Positions 1 through 9,496 of a DNA stretch of 64,000 nucleotides are shown here, one piece after another. The stretch is from Nitrospirales bacterium. Its GTDB lineage: Bacteria; Nitrospirota; Nitrospiria; Nitrospirales; UBA8639. Location: positions 1,728,001-1,792,000 of the forward strand of contig CBDBCZ010000019.1 in NCBI GenBank assembly GCA_965203295.1, given 5' to 3'. Both the position numbers and the translations under genes were made by a program. The notes below the pieces were generated by a model. The model was not told the origin of the DNA, ran no database searches, and was given only the letters and a program-made list of their open reading frames with translations. The first letter of the stretch is position 1, and each line of letters opens with the position of its first letter.

Positions 1-957
1 TTGCTTTTGAACTGCAGTGAGGATGGATTGAAGATTAAATTCGATCAAATCTTCATACGTCTTAACCCCTGGATTCCCACCAACCATGATTAAAAATTTT
101 GCGACCGATGCTCCGGTCTTCTCTGCCACCCACTGGGGAAGCTGTTCACCAAAGTGAGGCTCACGAAGAACAAGCTTGACCTGGTGTTTTTTCATCCGAT
201 CAATCAACCAGACTAAGTGGGCTTGAGTCGGTTCGATGCCAGGCCGAATTTCGATTTGACCGACTTCTTCGAGGCCAAATCGTTCAGCAAAATAAATGGT
301 ATCTTGATGGTACGACACAAACTTCACGCCTTGAAGCGGTTTGGCTATGCGCTGCCATTCCGCCATTTTCTCATCGATTCTCTTTTCAAAGGTTTTTAAA
401 TTGTTCTCGAATACCGGCTTTCCAGCGGGATAGAGCCGTGAAAATCCCTCGGCGATTTTTTTGGCCATGACCTTGGCATATTCAGGGTCCAGATTCGTAT
501 GCGGGTTGCCTAATGGATGAACATCTCCTTCTCTTCGAAGAAGGGACCGAGGGATTTGCTTGGGCTTAATACCACGCGAACAGTCAATATATCCTTCGTT
601 ACTCTGAAGGATTTTTGAATTTCGTGCAACATCGATTAAGGCTGGCAACCAGGAATGTTCAGCCTGCAAGCCGAGCACGATAAGAACATCAGCCTGATTT
701 AACTTCGGCACGAAACTGGGTTTAAGAGGCACACCGTGCAGATCTTCCAGCCCCTTGGCCAGGCTCTCGACAGCGACAAACTCGCCTCCAATTCTGGTCG
801 CAAAGTCTGCCAGATCGGGGATGGATGTCACGACTTGGATTCGACCGCCTTCTTCAACAGAGGGCCGGCCGGCCATTCCGAGGTGAGCGATCACTAACAA
901 ACCGCAAACAAACCACCAAAGCAACAGCCGGCTCCGTCGAAAAACCCGATTAGTCAC
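1..957 (-). CDS. Metal (Zn/Mn) ABC transporter substrate-binding protein, ZnuA/TroA-like; 3' end runs off the window
   Basis: Manual translation from GTG at 957, which overlaps the upstream stop: signal peptide, IQVVTSIPDLADF..LAKGLEDLHGVPLKPS, GNPHTNLDP, FVSYHQDTIYFAERFG. Open to position 1, so absent from the ORF track. Confidence 0.9.
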   Translation of the reverse strand, partial: MTNRVFRRSRLLLWWFVCGLLVIAHLGMAGRPSVEEGGRIQVVTSIPDLADFATRIGGEFVAVESLAKGLEDLHGVPLKPSFVPKLNQADVLIVLGLQAEHSWLPALIDVARNSKILQSNEGYIDCSRGIKPKQIPRSLLRREGDVHPLGNPHTNLDPEYAKVMAKKIAEGFSRLYPAGKPVFENNLKTFEKRIDEKMAEWQRIAKPLQGVKFVSYHQDTIYFAERFGLEEVGQIEIRPGIEPTQAHLVWLIDRMKKHQVKLVLREPHFGEQLPQWVAEKTGASVAKFLIMVGGNPGVKTYEDLIEFNLQSILTAVQKQ

Positions 958-2623
958 GTTCTGTAAATCCATGTTGATGGCTGCCAATAACGACTTCCCA
1001 TTGAAAAAGGACTTGGCTGAGAGAATCGAATGTATTTCCATACGATTGATAGTTGTACTGAAGAATAAACTGTTGAAATTCACTTGGATAAAAGGTGATG
1101 TACGGACTATAGGTATTCGCGTTCGTTCGATTTCCATTGCTGTTGACTGTCGTCCCCATTAAGCCAGTAGTTGGATTGGTGACCAATGGCGGTTCACTCG
1201 GCAACTGATGGAAGTCATACCGGAAACCTGGTCTCCACCGCTTGCTGACTCGGTATTCTGTGTAGGCATATCCCCCCCATGCCCCCTGGGATACCGTACT
1301 GCCGAAGACATTTCGGCGTCCTTGTCCCCAATCATAGAAAATTTCGCCATGAAAGGAGAGGCTCTGTCGAAGCCCTCTTCCTAAAGGGTACCATCGATAA
1401 TGAAAATCCCAGTCCAAGGTATAGCGGTCAAGAGACTCGTCCTCCGGTGCCGCAAGAAGAGAGGTGTCGATGCCTTCTTTAACCCGAGGAATGACTCCAT
1501 CCGGCATGTAGACCGCAGAGAAACCTAGTTCAATATTGTTATCGTCGTTGAGGTCATAATACGATCGAACCGAACCGAATAATGTATTGCCTTGATTGAC
1601 TTGTTGCCGGAATGGAGAGAGCGCGTCTTCACTCAACTGCCCAAAGTTAAAGCCCCACCCAGTGTTTATCTCCAAATAGATGGGTAAAGGGGCTAACCAA
1701 GCTACTTCAAACCCATCTGTTCGATTTTGTCCATAACTCAGTGCAACGGACGGTGGCACATCGATTTGAGGAAGATCATGTGCATGACGACGGCCCAAAA
1801 ATCCCCAATTCGAAAAGAAACGGCCTCCTCGGACAAAAAGATTATACGGAAGAGAAGTCGTCTGAATGGCCGCTTCTTCAATCTCAAACACAGCTTTTAG
1901 AAATTCAGATTCGCCCTTCTCATTCACTCCTTCTCCGTGCCCTGCGGCAATCACGTAAGCTCGAGCAAAAGTATCGACGTCCGCTGCAGCGAACAATTCA
2001 ATCGTACGAAGGGCAGTTGAGAAGTTTGATGGAAGCCTTGTCCCAACCTGCCCTTCGTCTTCTGAAGCCTCACCATACGGTGACGTAAATTCCCCGACAA
2101 AACGTTGTTCACGCTGTGTATATCCTGCAACCGACTCAATCACGAATCCAATCGCAGGATTGAAACGATTTAAAATCTGTTGCCGTCGAAGAATGGCTTT
2201 TTTCCGATCCTCTGAAGGTTGATCCAGAGAATCGGGAACATCCATCGGCATTCCACCTGAACGAAGAATCATATCCTGAGGATCGGCTGCCGTCTTCGCT
2301 CCGGGAAACCGTCCTTCAACGGACATACTCCGATCCTCAGAAGATGGCTGACCCGAGTTTGACGACGACTGATTCCTCTCCTCTGCATTAGTTTTTCCTT
2401 GATTGCCTTTTTCGTCTTGAGCCGTTGAGGGCTGCAGCTGAGCGAGTTTAAAATGGACTTCCTCGAGCGTCTTTTCCGTATCAATCTGATTCTTCAAGAA
2501 GATCGGTTTCGTCAACAATTCTTCGGCAAACACCTGGCAATTCAGACCAATAATCATAAATGTATAAAGAACTATTAATAAGAAGACCCAAGACATTCGT
2601 GTCCTTAGGAAAAGATGCGTCAT
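950..2623 (-). CDS. Putative zinc-regulated outer-membrane beta-barrel / porin-like metal uptake protein
   Basis: Signal peptide, short coiled coil, then FNPAIG, IEEAAIQT, GGRFFSNWGFLGRRHAHD, amphipathic beta-strands and a His-containing C-terminus (VIGSHQHGF). Coupled to the metal SBP. Confidence 0.7.
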   Translation of the reverse strand: MTHLFLRTRMSWVFLLIVLYTFMIIGLNCQVFAEELLTKPIFLKNQIDTEKTLEEVHFKLAQLQPSTAQDEKGNQGKTNAEERNQSSSNSGQPSSEDRSMSVEGRFPGAKTAADPQDMILRSGGMPMDVPDSLDQPSEDRKKAILRRQQILNRFNPAIGFVIESVAGYTQREQRFVGEFTSPYGEASEDEGQVGTRLPSNFSTALRTIELFAAADVDTFARAYVIAAGHGEGVNEKGESEFLKAVFEIEEAAIQTTSLPYNLFVRGGRFFSNWGFLGRRHAHDLPQIDVPPSVALSYGQNRTDGFEVAWLAPLPIYLEINTGWGFNFGQLSEDALSPFRQQVNQGNTLFGSVRSYYDLNDDNNIELGFSAVYMPDGVIPRVKEGIDTSLLAAPEDESLDRYTLDWDFHYRWYPLGRGLRQSLSFHGEIFYDWGQGRRNVFGSTVSQGAWGGYAYTEYRVSKRWRPGFRYDFHQLPSEPPLVTNPTTGLMGTTVNSNGNRTNANTYSPYITFYPSEFQQFILQYNYQSYGNTFDSLSQVLFQWEVVIGSHQHGFTERD

Positions 2624-2671
2624 GATTCTACTCCTCGTTTAGAGTTTTCTCCCAACTTTATTAGTCTCAAG

Positions 2672-2722
2672 GAGCATGAATGATTCATGACTGACCCTGA
2701 AAATTCAGTCATATCATTGCTC
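2672..2722. promoter_or_regulatory. Imperfect hairpin between the RAPP leader ORF and the outer-membrane gene (possible attenuator)
   Basis: ATGACTGA ... TCAGTCAT core stem with flanking GAGC/GCTC pairing. Confidence 0.35.
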
Positions 2723-2757
2723 TTACTGAAACTTAATCCTGAAAATTCTGGGAAGAA

Positions 2758-3090
2758 TTAAGACTGAGGAGGAGCTCGGGGACTTCCAGTAGAAAATAGC
2801 TGGGCAGAATGCCCATATTCATGAACGGGATAGAACCGATCTCCAAGACTGGCGAGCACAACCAATCCAGGGGGATTGATAATCAGTGAACCGCTCGTAT
2901 GTTTTTGGATCCATTGGCAGAGATCAAAATCAGAATGCTCATGACCATCATGGTCCACTTCTGCAAAGATATGGTGAATTTCTAGGGCCCCAGCAAATGG
3001 AAGAAGGGTAAAGAGAGTGAGGACGAGGAGCCCGGCCACGGTGAAATACCCAAAAGACCAACAAACTCGTTTTCGATGTGAGTGATTCAT
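2758..3090 (-). CDS. His-rich small membrane/exported protein with C-terminal RAPP motif (DUF2946/CruR-like leader)
   Basis: Hydrophobic N-terminus, HHIFAEVDHDGHEHSDFDLCQW metal-type motif, ends GSPRAPPQS. ATG at 3090 preferred over TTG at 3117. Confidence 0.7.
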   Translation of the reverse strand: MNHSHRKRVCWSFGYFTVAGLLVLTLFTLLPFAGALEIHHIFAEVDHDGHEHSDFDLCQWIQKHTSGSLIINPPGLVVLASLGDRFYPVHEYGHSAQLFSTGSPRAPPQS

Positions 3091-3134
3091 AGAAGGAAAA
3101 ACTATCAGAGCGTTCAAATATTGTCAACGTTATC

Positions 3135-3149
3135 TGCAAATCATTTGCA
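3135..3149. promoter_or_regulatory. Fur-family (probably Zur) operator, perfect 7-1-7 palindrome TGCAAAT-C-ATTTGCA
   Basis: Palindrome seen directly, ~45 bp upstream of a metal-uptake operon. The 7-1-7 geometry is typical of Fur-family boxes. Confidence 0.6.
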
Positions 3150-3201
3150 TTAAAGCTTTACTCTCAAGCCACTAAGACTCCACAGAGGGAAAGGCTTGAA
3201 A

Positions 3202-4095
3202 TTAAGGCATTGATCCAACCAAAAGCTCTGGGTCAAGACGTTGTTGAAAAAGATTCATGCGCCAGTCCAAATGAGGACCTGTCACTCGCCCAGTTGCCCC
3301 AATTTCTGCAATAGGCTCTCCATGACGGACATAAGCGCCTTCTTTGACCAGTATCTTGTTCAAATGGAGAAACGCAGAAGAAAGGCCATGCCCATGATCC
3401 AATATCATAGTCCCACCAGAAAAAAACATATCGGGATGCACTAATGTCACCAGTCCACTTGCCGGAGCAACGACGATAGTCCCTACTGGTGCAGAAATAT
3501 CTACCCCATAATGTGGACGACGAGGCTCTCCATTTAAGATTCGCTGACTTCCATAGACCCCGGTGATTTTTCCGAGCGCTGGCCATATAAATCCATTCGC
3601 AAAGTCTGTCCGGGGATCATCTCGCTTGCGGGCCTCTTTGGTTCGTTCCACTTCTCTTTTAATTCGTGTAAGATCTTCTTTCTTGGGGTTCACTTTCCTA
3701 GAAGGTAATCCATTAATACGTTGGATCTTGTACGTTCGGCGTTGGACAGCTAAGACTCGTTTTTCATGATTTCCATCCTCATAGATGACTTCCACATTCA
3801 CCTTATCCGAAGCATCTCGACCGAATCCCACTAAAAAAGTACCTTGAGGAGATACTCGCACAGGATTTCCATTGATCTTGACCTGCGCACCAGATGAGGT
3901 CTTGCCTTGGACTAGCCCCCCTTGAATGATTGGCCCCTCGAGTGACAGAGCACCTCCAAACGCAGTACCTCTCGGAGAAAATGCTAGAAAGAGCAAGAGA
4001 ATTCCTGCAAGACCCATTTTCAGACTATTCGACCAGCTCTGTTGTGAGCCACAAAATTCTACAATTTCAATTCCTTTTCTCAACTCTACTCTCAT
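3202..4095 (-). CDS. M23 family metallopeptidase
   Basis: HYGVD and HLDW (HxxxD/HxH-type) motifs, LDHGHG..SAFLHL, GATGRVTGPHL. The true start may be the downstream ATG (MGLAGILL). Confidence 0.9.
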   Translation of the reverse strand: MRVELRKGIEIVEFCGSQQSWSNSLKMGLAGILLLFLAFSPRGTAFGGALSLEGPIIQGGLVQGKTSSGAQVKINGNPVRVSPQGTFLVGFGRDASDKVNVEVIYEDGNHEKRVLAVQRRTYKIQRINGLPSRKVNPKKEDLTRIKREVERTKEARKRDDPRTDFANGFIWPALGKITGVYGSQRILNGEPRRPHYGVDISAPVGTIVVAPASGLVTLVHPDMFFSGGTMILDHGHGLSSAFLHLNKILVKEGAYVRHGEPIAEIGATGRVTGPHLDWRMNLFQQRLDPELLVGSMP

Positions 4096-4144
4096 GAAGC
4101 ATCCTGTGGAAAAACACTTTGATAGATTAGAAAAACCGAATGGG

Positions 4145-4170
4145 CATGGTTAACCATGGTTAACCATGGT
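4145..4170. repeat. 10-bp tandem duplication (CATGGTTAAC) forming an 18-bp perfect palindrome in a divergent promoter region
   Basis: catggttaaccatggttaaccatggt seen directly. Confidence 0.7.
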
Positions 4171-4261
4171 CTTCTTGACAACCCAGGAACGCGCTATGGT
4201 ACAAGTACTTCCCAATTATCTGACTTGTAAATACTATTCATTATTATAATCCGGTGAATAC

Positions 4262-4705
4262 ATGAGATTTTTTGTTTACGCTGACAACCTCAACCCTTCA
4301 CAACTTAAAAATCGGGCACCAGAGCATCAATTCCTTTTCAAGGCCTACCTTCCAGATCATACCATCAATTTTCCGAGATGGTCCTCCCAATGGCGTGGCG
4401 GCTTAGCCAGTGTAACTCCCTCCGCTGGAGAACGGGTTTGGGGTATTGTCCTGGAGATTACCGAAGAAGATTTAAAAATCATGGATGTACTTGATAACGA
4501 AGTCCCTGAAGGAGCTTATAGACATTTAGAAGCCACAGTCATGACTGAGGATGACCAAAAAGAACTGGTGACGTTCCACGCTGGGACTTCTATTGGCAAA
4601 TTCAAACCCAAACCCCACTATATAGATTGGGTGATTAAAGGCGTTAAACATTGGGAACTGCCTGAAGAATGCGTTGAAATGTGGGAATTTCTGCGATCAA
4701 GCTGA
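4262..4705 (+). CDS. Gamma-glutamylcyclotransferase (AIG2-like) family protein
   Basis: N-terminal FFVYADNL (YGSNL-like), GGLASVTP, VWGIVLEI, KPHYIDWVIKG. Confidence 0.8.
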   Translation: MRFFVYADNLNPSQLKNRAPEHQFLFKAYLPDHTINFPRWSSQWRGGLASVTPSAGERVWGIVLEITEEDLKIMDVLDNEVPEGAYRHLEATVMTEDDQKELVTFHAGTSIGKFKPKPHYIDWVIKGVKHWELPEECVEMWEFLRSS

Positions 4706-4709
4706 AAAA

Positions 4710-4804
4710 TTTCGAGTTCCGAGTTTTGAGTCTCGGGTTTAGAGTTAATTGGGAGCGCCTGTAAGATCTATTTCTCCATAACTCTAAACTATAAACTCGA
4801 AACT
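4710..4804. repeat. Inverted pair of degenerate heptamer tandem arrays (AACTCGA/AACTNTA) forming an intergenic hairpin
   Basis: ttcgagttccgagttttgagtctcgggtttagagtt ... aactctaaactataaactcgaaact. Confidence 0.7.
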
Positions 4805-4826
4805 CTTCTAAATTAAGGAGCAATAT

Positions 4827-5153
4827 ATGCCTAAACCTAAATATCATCTTGTCGTTTGTACTAACACCAGACCACCTGGTCATCCCAAACCATCATGCGG
4901 GGGAGAAGGTTCTCAAAACATTCTTATGGCCTTAAATATGGGACTCATTGAACGTGGCTTCCAACCGGTTGAAGTGTTGGTAACTGGCTCGACTTGCCTC
5001 GGACCTTGCGAACAAGGCCCCACTCTTGTGGTCTATCCAGACGGAATCTGGTATTCCCGCGTGAAAGAATCCGATGTCGCGACGATCCTTGATGAACATA
5101 TTAAAAAAGGAACACCAGTAGAACAACTCAAACCCGATTCTGTGTGGAGTTAG
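4827..5153 (+). CDS. Thioredoxin-like [2Fe-2S] ferredoxin
   Basis: VCTNTRPPGHPKPSCG ... CLGPCEQGPTLVVYPDGIWY. Confidence 0.92.
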   Translation: MPKPKYHLVVCTNTRPPGHPKPSCGGEGSQNILMALNMGLIERGFQPVEVLVTGSTCLGPCEQGPTLVVYPDGIWYSRVKESDVATILDEHIKKGTPVEQLKPDSVWS

Positions 5154-5178
5154 CTGTTTTTCCGGATCCTGTGCCCTC

Positions 5179-5730
5179 ATGAGTGGCCCCCATCATAGCC
5201 CAGGCTCTAGGCTGCATGAGGAACATTCTGCTCACATAGAGCATAAGGCTAGAGGGCCGGCCTCTTTGGGTTGTGGAGTCATTACCTGTAGTGATACCCG
5301 CACTCCTGAAACCGATAAGAGCGGGCAGATCATCCAACAGTTGCTAAGGGATCAAGGTCATCATATTACGTCGTATAATGTTGTCAAAGATGAGCCGGCT
5401 GAAGTTCATCGGCTTGTTACCGATCTTGCGCAACAGAAAAAAACTTCCGCCATTATCATCAACGGCGGAACGGGGATTTCTCACCGTGACACGACTTTTG
5501 AGGCTGTGGATGCTCTGCTGGAAAAACGTTTAGATGGATTTGGTGAAATTTTTCGGTACCTAAGCTACAAAGACATTGGCTCAGCCACCATGCTGAGCCG
5601 TTCTACTGCAGGACTTTACAAAAAGAAAGTCATCTTCTCGATTCCCGGATCCAGCGGAGCAGTCCGTTTAGCTATGGAAGCACTGATTTTGCCGGAACTT
5701 CCACACATAGTCGGGGAAATTAACAAATAG
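5179..5730 (+). CDS. moaB: Molybdenum cofactor biosynthesis protein B (MoaB/MogA family)
   Basis: VITCSDTR, DKSG, INGGTGISHRDTT, GFGEIFR, MLSRSTAG, SIPGSSGAV. Confidence 0.9.
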   Translation: MSGPHHSPGSRLHEEHSAHIEHKARGPASLGCGVITCSDTRTPETDKSGQIIQQLLRDQGHHITSYNVVKDEPAEVHRLVTDLAQQKKTSAIIINGGTGISHRDTTFEAVDALLEKRLDGFGEIFRYLSYKDIGSATMLSRSTAGLYKKKVIFSIPGSSGAVRLAMEALILPELPHIVGEINK

Positions 5731-5762
5731 AGTCTTTGCCCTACTACTCTTGTCCCACTCAG

Positions 5763-6803
5763 TCAATCAATTCGCAATACGACCTTCCCAAACACTTGGC
5801 GGTTAAGCAGCAATTCCTGAGCTGGCCGTGCCTCAGCTAGAGGCAACACTCGATCGATTACTGGCTTCACTTTTCCTGTTCCGATTAAAGCCGCAGCCTT
5901 ACACATTTCAGCCCTCGTTCCCATATACGACCCCATAATCTTGAGCTGCCGCATGAACAGAAAACGAGTATCTACGTGTGCCTGAGCACCGGTCGTCGCC
6001 CCGCACGTGACAAGACGTCCACCTCGAGAAAGGGATCGGATACATTGATCCCAGACCTGATCCCCAACATGTTCAATCACCACATCGACTCCACGTCCAC
6101 TGGTATATTCCTCAATGTGTTTCTGAATACTATCCACTGAATGATTAATGACCAGATCTGCACCTAGATTCCGTGCCTTCTCCATTTTCTCTTCAGTCCC
6201 GACTGTGGTAATCACTTGAGCTCCTACTAATTTTCCTAATTGAACCGCAAGACTTCCTACCCCACTGCCCGCTCCAACCACCAACATCGTTTCACCAGGC
6301 CGTAGTTCGGCCAATCCGAAAATCATATGCCAGGCCGTCACCGAGACGAGAGGAAACGCTGCCGCTTGCTCAAACGTGAGATCTCCAGGAATCGGCATCA
6401 CATTTATAACCGCGACTTTCACATATTCAGCATAGCCTCCCTTTACCTTTGCACCCAAAACGTGGAATTCTTGGCAGAGATTCTCTCGACCTCCAAAGCA
6501 CTCAGGACATCGCCAACAGCTGAGTCCTGGTGAGACAAATACACGCTGACCGATCGAAAGAGACGACCCTCCACCATCATTCAACTGCTCTATGACCCCA
6601 CTCACATCTGATCCTGAAATATGGGGAAGTGGAACGTGATAGTTTGGAATGCCTTGACGTATCCAAATATCCAAATGATTCAAAGCACAGGCTTTGACAC
6701 GAATCAACACTTCTCCCGGCCCAATCTCTGGATCAGAGACCTGTTCGACACACAACTCCTCTGGTCCACCATGCCTGTGAAAGGTCACAGCCTTCATTGG
6801 CAC
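5763..6803 (-). CDS. Zinc-binding dehydrogenase / NADPH:quinone oxidoreductase (MDR superfamily)
   Basis: ACALNHLD, PHISGSD, CxxCxxC..C structural Zn site, GAGSGVG, FGKVVL. Confidence 0.9.
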   Translation of the reverse strand: MPMKAVTFHRHGGPEELCVEQVSDPEIGPGEVLIRVKACALNHLDIWIRQGIPNYHVPLPHISGSDVSGVIEQLNDGGGSSLSIGQRVFVSPGLSCWRCPECFGGRENLCQEFHVLGAKVKGGYAEYVKVAVINVMPIPGDLTFEQAAAFPLVSVTAWHMIFGLAELRPGETMLVVGAGSGVGSLAVQLGKLVGAQVITTVGTEEKMEKARNLGADLVINHSVDSIQKHIEEYTSGRGVDVVIEHVGDQVWDQCIRSLSRGGRLVTCGATTGAQAHVDTRFLFMRQLKIMGSYMGTRAEMCKAAALIGTGKVKPVIDRVLPLAEARPAQELLLNRQVFGKVVLRID

Positions 6804-6816
6804 TCCCTCATTCGTT

Positions 6817-7752
6817 CTACTCTAAAACTAAGTTTCCCTCAGCAACCATGACCACCTGCCCTCCCACTTTCACTTCTTGGATGATGTCATCATCTGAGAG
6901 AACTTGGATGATAATGCGAGAGGGACGATCAATTTCATACCCTTGCTCCGCGACTATTTCTGTGGTCGGCCCGACGTCCACGACTCCATGTTTGACGAGG
7001 TATCCTCCGAGTGCCCCGCTGGCACTACCGGTGGCTGGATCCTCTAATAATCCGATCGGACTGGCAAACATGCGCGTATGAACCGTGGATTCTTGCTCAA
7101 CCGTCATCAGACTAAATGCCATGATGCCATTGGCGCCTAATCGCGCACAAATGTTCTTTACGGCATCGGACTCAGGATTGATTGATCTGACAGCAGTGAG
7201 TGACCGAATGGGAACAATGAACACAGGCAATCCGGTAGAAACAACCTCAAGAGCAAGTTTCGTATCAGTGATCACTGATTTCGCCACCCCTAAAGCTTTA
7301 CTCACATCATACAAGTCCTGCACATCATCAACCGTTCCCAAGAACTGAAGTTGGGGTTGTGTCATGATCACACTCTCAATTCGACCATCCCGAACATAGA
7401 GCTCAACCCCAAATACTCCAATGTTCGTTTCAAATGTCGCGCGGGTCACAGGTTCAACGAGAGGGAACCGCCTTAACAGACCCAATACATAAAACGTTCC
7501 CAAGACAGGATGACCGGCAAACGGAATTTCTTGCGTTGGCGTGAAAATCCGGAGTTTGACCATAGCTGACGGATCAGTAGGAGAAACCACAAACACCGTC
7601 TCAGAAAGGTTCATCTCGCGTGCGATTTGTTGGAACTCGCGGTCTGTGAGATCGTCTGCTTCAGAAATCACCGCCAAGGGATTCCCACAGAAAATTTGGT
7701 CGGTGAAGACATCAGCCTTGTAGAAACGGAGGTGTCGCGATTTGGGGTTCAT
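6817..7752 (-). CDS. PhzF-family isomerase
   Basis: DVFT..GNPLAV, EMNLSETVF, RIFTPTQEIPFAGHP, EDPATGSA, EQGYEIDRPS. Confidence 0.92.
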   Translation of the reverse strand: MNPKSRHLRFYKADVFTDQIFCGNPLAVISEADDLTDREFQQIAREMNLSETVFVVSPTDPSAMVKLRIFTPTQEIPFAGHPVLGTFYVLGLLRRFPLVEPVTRATFETNIGVFGVELYVRDGRIESVIMTQPQLQFLGTVDDVQDLYDVSKALGVAKSVITDTKLALEVVSTGLPVFIVPIRSLTAVRSINPESDAVKNICARLGANGIMAFSLMTVEQESTVHTRMFASPIGLLEDPATGSASGALGGYLVKHGVVDVGPTTEIVAEQGYEIDRPSRIIIQVLSDDDIIQEVKVGGQVVMVAEGNLVLE

Positions 7753-7822
7753 TCAGGATATTTTATCGGAGAAGGGTTGAGGAATCTGGCACAGGAGTGA
7801 CTGGCCATTGTGGGAAACGCCA

Positions 7823-9061
7823 TTAAGCTGAAATCGGTAAGGCCTCATAATATGAAGAGAGAGGATTCCGAACATAGTCCTCTACAAAGTTCTGAAGGCC
7901 ACCATTGCGATATAATCGCGTATTGGCAAATCGAGTATCGATCTTATGAAGGACTTTCACCTTCACCCCCGTTTTCTTCACAAATTCATCAAGCGTCACG
8001 CCGGCAATATCCATATTCTTCCCTCGACCAGATTCCATGACGCATTTGGGAATATGGATAACTTTTTCATTCGTCAATCTTTTCTTGATATCCTCAAAAG
8101 TGAGAAGCACGGTGCAGTCCGAGTCTCCACCCAACATCGCATTGGGCACATAGAGGAACTTCGCTCAATTCTTTCGAAACATTTGCAAAATTTTATACAC
8201 ACTCCCAGCCATCACCACGTGATCTTTCTTTTCAAAATCTAATGAGTCAAATAGGCTGACGATTCTCTTACGGTTCAGGAAGGCGGTGACATACGCCTCG
8301 GTATGAATAGTGGTCATGTTGGGATATCCCGCATCGTAGACGCGTTGCCCTTCAACAGCTAAATATTTCCGGCCTTGGCGCATTAGAGAGGCCGTTCCTT
8401 CTTTCAATCCTCTGAAAGGAGTGAGACAACCCATCCAGAGCACACACTTTTCATTAATCTTCGATATTGTTTCAGCGTCTTTTGACATGGTGTGCTCATC
8501 AAACGCATAAAAATTCGCGGACGCGACGGCTGGTCCATCCAAGACTTTCATCAGATGTTTGATCGAAGGGGCATGAGGCATCAGTCGTTCCCGATAGGAT
8601 CCAAGTGTGATCACGGATAATTCGAAATTTATACGACCCGGGTAACTTTCAACCAATTGATGAATTTTGGGAACATGCACAAACCCTACAGTAAAAAAAG
8701 AAATATTCTTATCCGTATGCTTAAGGAAATCCTCCACCCATTCCATAGCCTTGGGGTGAAAAAACAAATCCGTCCATTCCATGTACTCATTACCACCTAA
8801 ACACCAAAATTGCATAGGATCCGTTGGTTTGGAGTTAACGTAATTCAGAATAAATTCCCAATCATCTTGCGTTGTCTTAGGCGGATCCAACGTTTCTCGG
8901 TAGGAATGATCCATTTCATAACAAAATTCACATTTGACAGGGCAGGTTTTTCCTAGACTCAAAGGAATTTTCCCGGCATCCAACTCCCGTTTAAGCACCT
9001 CTCGATGGTCTTTCCCTTTGAGTACGAGTGTCTGTTCAAGAATTGGAAGCGTTTTACTCAT
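7823..9061 (-). pseudogene. Radical SAM / DUF512-like Fe-S protein interrupted by an in-frame TGA
   Basis: CPVKCEFC motif. ORFs 8165..9061 and 7823..8149 share a frame: FRKN*AKFLYVPNAMLGGDSDCTVLLTFEDI, with TGA at 8165-8167. Confidence 0.75.
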
Positions 9062-9187
9062 AGACAGGTCCTACAAAAACTACTCATTTATGATTAAAAA
9101 ACACGGCAGAAGAATCATTGACAGGGTTAACGTGAGTTTGTCATAAATTTGGATGAAGTTGGGCTTCCAACTCGACTCGCAACCACC

Positions 9188-9490
9188 ATGGATTCACAGA
9201 CTCCCCCTCCCAATTCTTCCGATATGGAGTCCACGCACCCCGATTCCGTGAAAAAGGCTTTTGAAGTGTTCGGCCTAAACCCACCCCTGACCAAAGACCA
9301 ACTCGAACATCGCTATCATAAACTTCGACATACTTGGCATCCACACCGGTATGCCAACCTCACCAACAATCCTCAAAAGTACATGCAGATGTATAAGAAA
9401 GGGGAGACAAAGTCGAATGAAGTGAAAGACGCGTTTCGAATCTTAGTGCAATGGATGGATCAGGAAAGCCTTCCTCCCTCACCACACTAA
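9188..9490 (+). CDS. Small J-domain-like protein (HPH instead of HPD)
   Basis: AFEVFGL..LEHRYHKLRHTWHPHRY ... EVKDAFRIL. Start uncertain. Confidence 0.65.
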   Translation: MDSQTPPPNSSDMESTHPDSVKKAFEVFGLNPPLTKDQLEHRYHKLRHTWHPHRYANLTNNPQKYMQMYKKGETKSNEVKDAFRILVQWMDQESLPPSPH

Positions 9491-9496
9491 TTGCCC

